From Dysosmobacter sp. HCP28S3_G4 (lineage in GTDB: Bacteria > Bacillota > Clostridia > Oscillospirales > Oscillospiraceae), in assembly GCF_052065175.1 (NCBI RefSeq), contig NZ_JBQHUP010000046.1, forward strand, positions 1 through 21,279: a stretch of DNA of 21,279 nucleotides, read 5' to 3'. A program made the translations under genes and the position numbers. A model generated the notes under the pieces. It did no database searches, was not told where the DNA came from, and saw only the letters and a list, made by a program, of their open reading frames with translations. This document shows positions 15,715 through 21,279 of the stretch, piece by piece (the stretch's first letter is position 1; every line of letters begins with the position of its first letter).

Positions 15715-15726
15715 GCGGAGGTATCC

Positions 15727-16581
15727 ATGGACATCAGAGTCAAGAAACAGCTGCCTCTCGCGCTGCTGGCCGCTGTACTCTGCTTTCTGATTGTCTGCCC
15801 TTTGATCATGATATTTGCCAAGGCGGTCATTGCGGATGGCCGCCTTGACTTCTATTCGGCGTGGCAGACTCTGACAGAGAGCGAAAACGCGGTGATGATC
15901 GGCAATTCCCTTCTGCTGGGCGTTTTGGTGGTGCTCCTCTCCACGGCCATCGCCGCGCCCCTGGCCTATCTCTTCTCCCGGACCTGCTTTGCCCGGTACC
16001 GGGCCTTTGATATCATCTTCATGATCCCCTTTATGACGCCGCCCTATATCGCCTCCATGGGCTGGATCTTATTCATGCAGAAGCGGGTCACCGGCGTCTG
16101 GAACAGCGGCCTGGATGGCGCAACCCTGACCCTGGCTGCCTTCGAGACCGGCATTGGCTCTCTCGGCCGGATCATTCTGGCCCTCGGCGTGTTCCTGTTC
16201 GGCCTGACCACCTCCAGCGGCGTCTATGCCCAGATTGAGGTCGTCGTCCGTTACCTGGTGGGCAACTCCCCCCTGAAGGATGCGATTCTGAAGTTCTATA
16301 AGTGGACCTATCCCATTCCGAGCCTGGGCATGGTCGTGATCGCCGTCTATTACGGCTTCCCCGGCGCGACGCTGTGGCTCTTCTCCGACGCATCCACAGC
16401 ACTTCCCATCTTTGCCAATATCATCACACTGTTCATTCTGACTCCGCGCTTCCTCGCCCTGATCAAGGACTACATGGCGAGATACCGGAAAGTCGGAACT
16501 GTCGATCCGGATTTCCCGATCTTCTTCGAGAAAGATCAGGATGCCGAGGTCAAGGCCCGGGCGGAGTGGGCCAACCAGTAA
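15727..16581 (+). pseudogene. Chimeric ORF: N-terminal ~118 aa of the ABC importer permease fused in frame to the C-terminal ~165 aa of an AGCS sodium:alanine symporter
   Basis: Residues 1-~118 (…NSLLLGVLVVLLSTAIAAPLAYLFSRT…FMIPFMTPPYIASMGWILF) are a typical FbpB/ThiP-type permease N-terminus; such permeases normally run ~500+ aa. From VTGVWNSGLDGATLTLAAF... to the end, the sequence is colinear with the C-terminus of the intact symporter at 1892-3388 (compare SGMWTDGTNGGTLALSAF…LILSNQYFKLLKDYKARYLGIGKVD with …FILTPRFLALIKDYMARYRKVGTVD). The junction lies at about nt 16075-16090. Confidence 0.65.
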
Positions 16582-16645
16582 GCTCCGGCTCCTTCCCCAC
16601 TGTCAAAAGACTTTACGCAGACGTATTGTGACCAACCTTTTATAA

Positions 16646-16693
16646 GCCGTAGGGCATCCTGGCACAAGGCCTGGGATGCCCTACGGCTGTTTG
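16646..16693 (+). terminator. Intrinsic terminator after the AGCS-derived ORF
   Basis: A 14-bp stem GCCGTAGGGCATCC (16646-16659) / GGATGCCCTACGGC (16674-16687), followed by TGTTTGGGG, which is a weak U-tract. Confidence 0.65.
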
Positions 16694-16736
16694 GGGTGCC
16701 GGTGCGACGTATTCTCCCCTTTCGGATATATCAACT

Positions 16737-16775
16737 CCCCCTATGGAAGACGAATCTTCTGTCTTCCATAGGGGG
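16737..16775 (-). terminator. Strong stem-loop downstream of the YheO-like regulator gene (probable terminator)
   Basis: A 15-bp perfect stem CCCCCTATGGAAGAC (16737-16751) / GTCTTCCATAGGGGG (16761-16775) with a 9-nt loop. It lies 23 nt beyond the stop at 16798 on the minus strand. The trailing sequence is only moderately T-rich. Confidence 0.45.
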
Positions 16776-16797
16776 AGCCTGTTTTTGCCCTTGTCCT

Positions 16798-17439
16798 TCA
16801 CGAACCGGCGGTGAAGCCCAGTTCCCGCAGATAATTGTACACCGTGAAGCGGGAGATCTTCAGCCGTTCCGCCACATAGGGGACCGCCTTCTGCATCTGG
16901 AACACATTCCGCTCATGCAGCATCCGGATGACCCGCATCCGGTCGTGCTTTCCCATCTCCTCCACCGGGACCCCCACTTGGCTGATGCTCTCATTCAGGA
17001 TCTGGTTGATGCTCTGGCGGGAGTGCAGCTCCTCCGCCAGCTCCGTGGAGGTGGAGATCAGCTTGTCCAGCGCGTCCCGCATGCCCGCGTAGGAGGAAAT
17101 ATCAAAGTTGATGCCCAGGCCGTAGTGGTAGTTCTCCCCCTTGAAATAGACGGTGGAGGATTTGATGGTCTTTCCCCCGGTGGTCACCACCTGACAGTTC
17201 ATATAGTTGGTGCCCGGATCGATGTTCGCAAAGGCATCCTCCGGAACAGGGTCGCCGGTGACATACACGCAGTCTCCCTTTTTCCGCCCGGATACGTGCC
17301 CGTTGTAGATGGCCGCGATAAAATTCTCGTAGTGTTCGCAGTCGTGGATCACCGTCTCACAGTGATAGCCGAAGGTCTCCGAGATCATCTTGGCGATCTC
17401 ACACAGATTGTTGAACATCTCTTTGTCTTCCATGCCCAT
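16798..17439 (-). CDS. YheO-like transcriptional regulator (PAS-like sensor domain plus C-terminal HTH), 213 aa
   Basis: The N-terminal segment LCEIAKMISETFGYHCETVIHD...IAAIYNGHVSGRKKGD and the C-terminal HTH AVPYVAERLKISRFTVYNYLRE match the YheO/DauR-type architecture as I recall it. The gene is divergent from PFOR. Confidence 0.7.
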   Translation of the reverse strand: MGMEDKEMFNNLCEIAKMISETFGYHCETVIHDCEHYENFIAAIYNGHVSGRKKGDCVYVTGDPVPEDAFANIDPGTNYMNCQVVTTGGKTIKSSTVYFKGENYHYGLGINFDISSYAGMRDALDKLISTSTELAEELHSRQSINQILNESISQVGVPVEEMGKHDRMRVIRMLHERNVFQMQKAVPYVAERLKISRFTVYNYLRELGFTAGS

Positions 17440-17557
17440 CCCATCTCCGCTCCGCAGACGTTTTCCGCATTATATCATCTCCAAATCAGAAAAACAACAT
17501 GGTCTATCTGCACAAGAAGTCATCTGCTTTTTCGTCAGTTGTATGACCTCACAAATA

Positions 17558-17586
17558 TTGACAATCCGTTTATATGTTATTACAAT
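17558..17586 (+). promoter_or_regulatory. Sigma-A type promoter upstream of PFOR
   Basis: Consensus TTGACA (17558-17563), a 17-nt spacer, then TACAAT (17581-17586). It lies about 60 nt upstream of the PFOR start. Confidence 0.55.
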
Positions 17587-17647
17587 TTGTTTATACAATT
17601 GATACAATACCGCCTCGGGCGAAAAATGAAGAAAAGGGGTCCTAACG

Positions 17648-21154
<3,507 letters not shown>

Positions 21155-21187
21155 GTCCGCCGGTCACCCATCTTTTACAAGAGCGGC

Positions 21188-21219
21188 GGGGGGGGGGGGT
21201 GGGCGGGGCCCCCCCCCCC
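21188..21219. repeat. Adjacent homopolymer tracts G12 and C11 (a self-complementary G/C block)
   Basis: Counted directly: a G run at 21188-21199 (12 nt), then TGGGCGGGG, then a C run at 21209-21219 (11 nt). The block is followed by an A-rich stretch and lies within 60-90 nt of the window end. Confidence 0.9.
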
Positions 21220-21279
21220 TGACATAAACAAAAAAAATAAACTATCAAACACAAACACACCACCCCCCGTCCGGGCTGG

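Overview
The window looks like a complete or near-complete contig from a high-GC Firmicute. Taxonomy is an inference from codon bias, Gram-positive style RBSs, riboswitch-plus-terminator leaders and a clostridial-type PFOR; possibly Oscillospiraceae-like. Most of it is metabolic or transport housekeeping. On the minus strand are a candidate lysine-riboswitch-controlled AGCS symporter plus YtcJ-like amidohydrolase (183-3772), and an ornithine-cyclodeaminase-family plus class I/II aminotransferase pair (4633-6828). On the plus strand are a TPP-riboswitch-controlled thiC (10275-12079), an Fe3+/thiamine-type ABC importer (13694-~16085), and pyruvate:ferredoxin oxidoreductase (17648-21154) with a divergent YheO-like regulator. 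The stand-out is one 936-aa minus-strand gene (7053-9863). It fuses an N-terminal calcineurin-like metallophosphoesterase carrying all five catalytic motifs, a central NACHT/STAND P-loop NTPase (GDAGFGKT; LLDGMDE), and a ~375-aa C-terminal region I cannot assign. That is the effector-switch-sensor layout of bacterial NLR-like (bNACHT/Avs-type) antiphage proteins, but with an effector class I do not know to be characterised. It sits alone between housekeeping operons and is flanked by AT-rich spacers. Two open reading frames are clear in-frame chimeras: PPK1 N-terminus::YibE/F, and ABC-permease N-terminus::AGCS C-terminus. Together they bracket a ~2.8 kb block (about 13240-16085), which implies either a rearrangement or an assembly chimera. 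The window ends in G12/C11 homopolymers. No rRNA, tRNA, CRISPR array, transposase or integrase was recognised.
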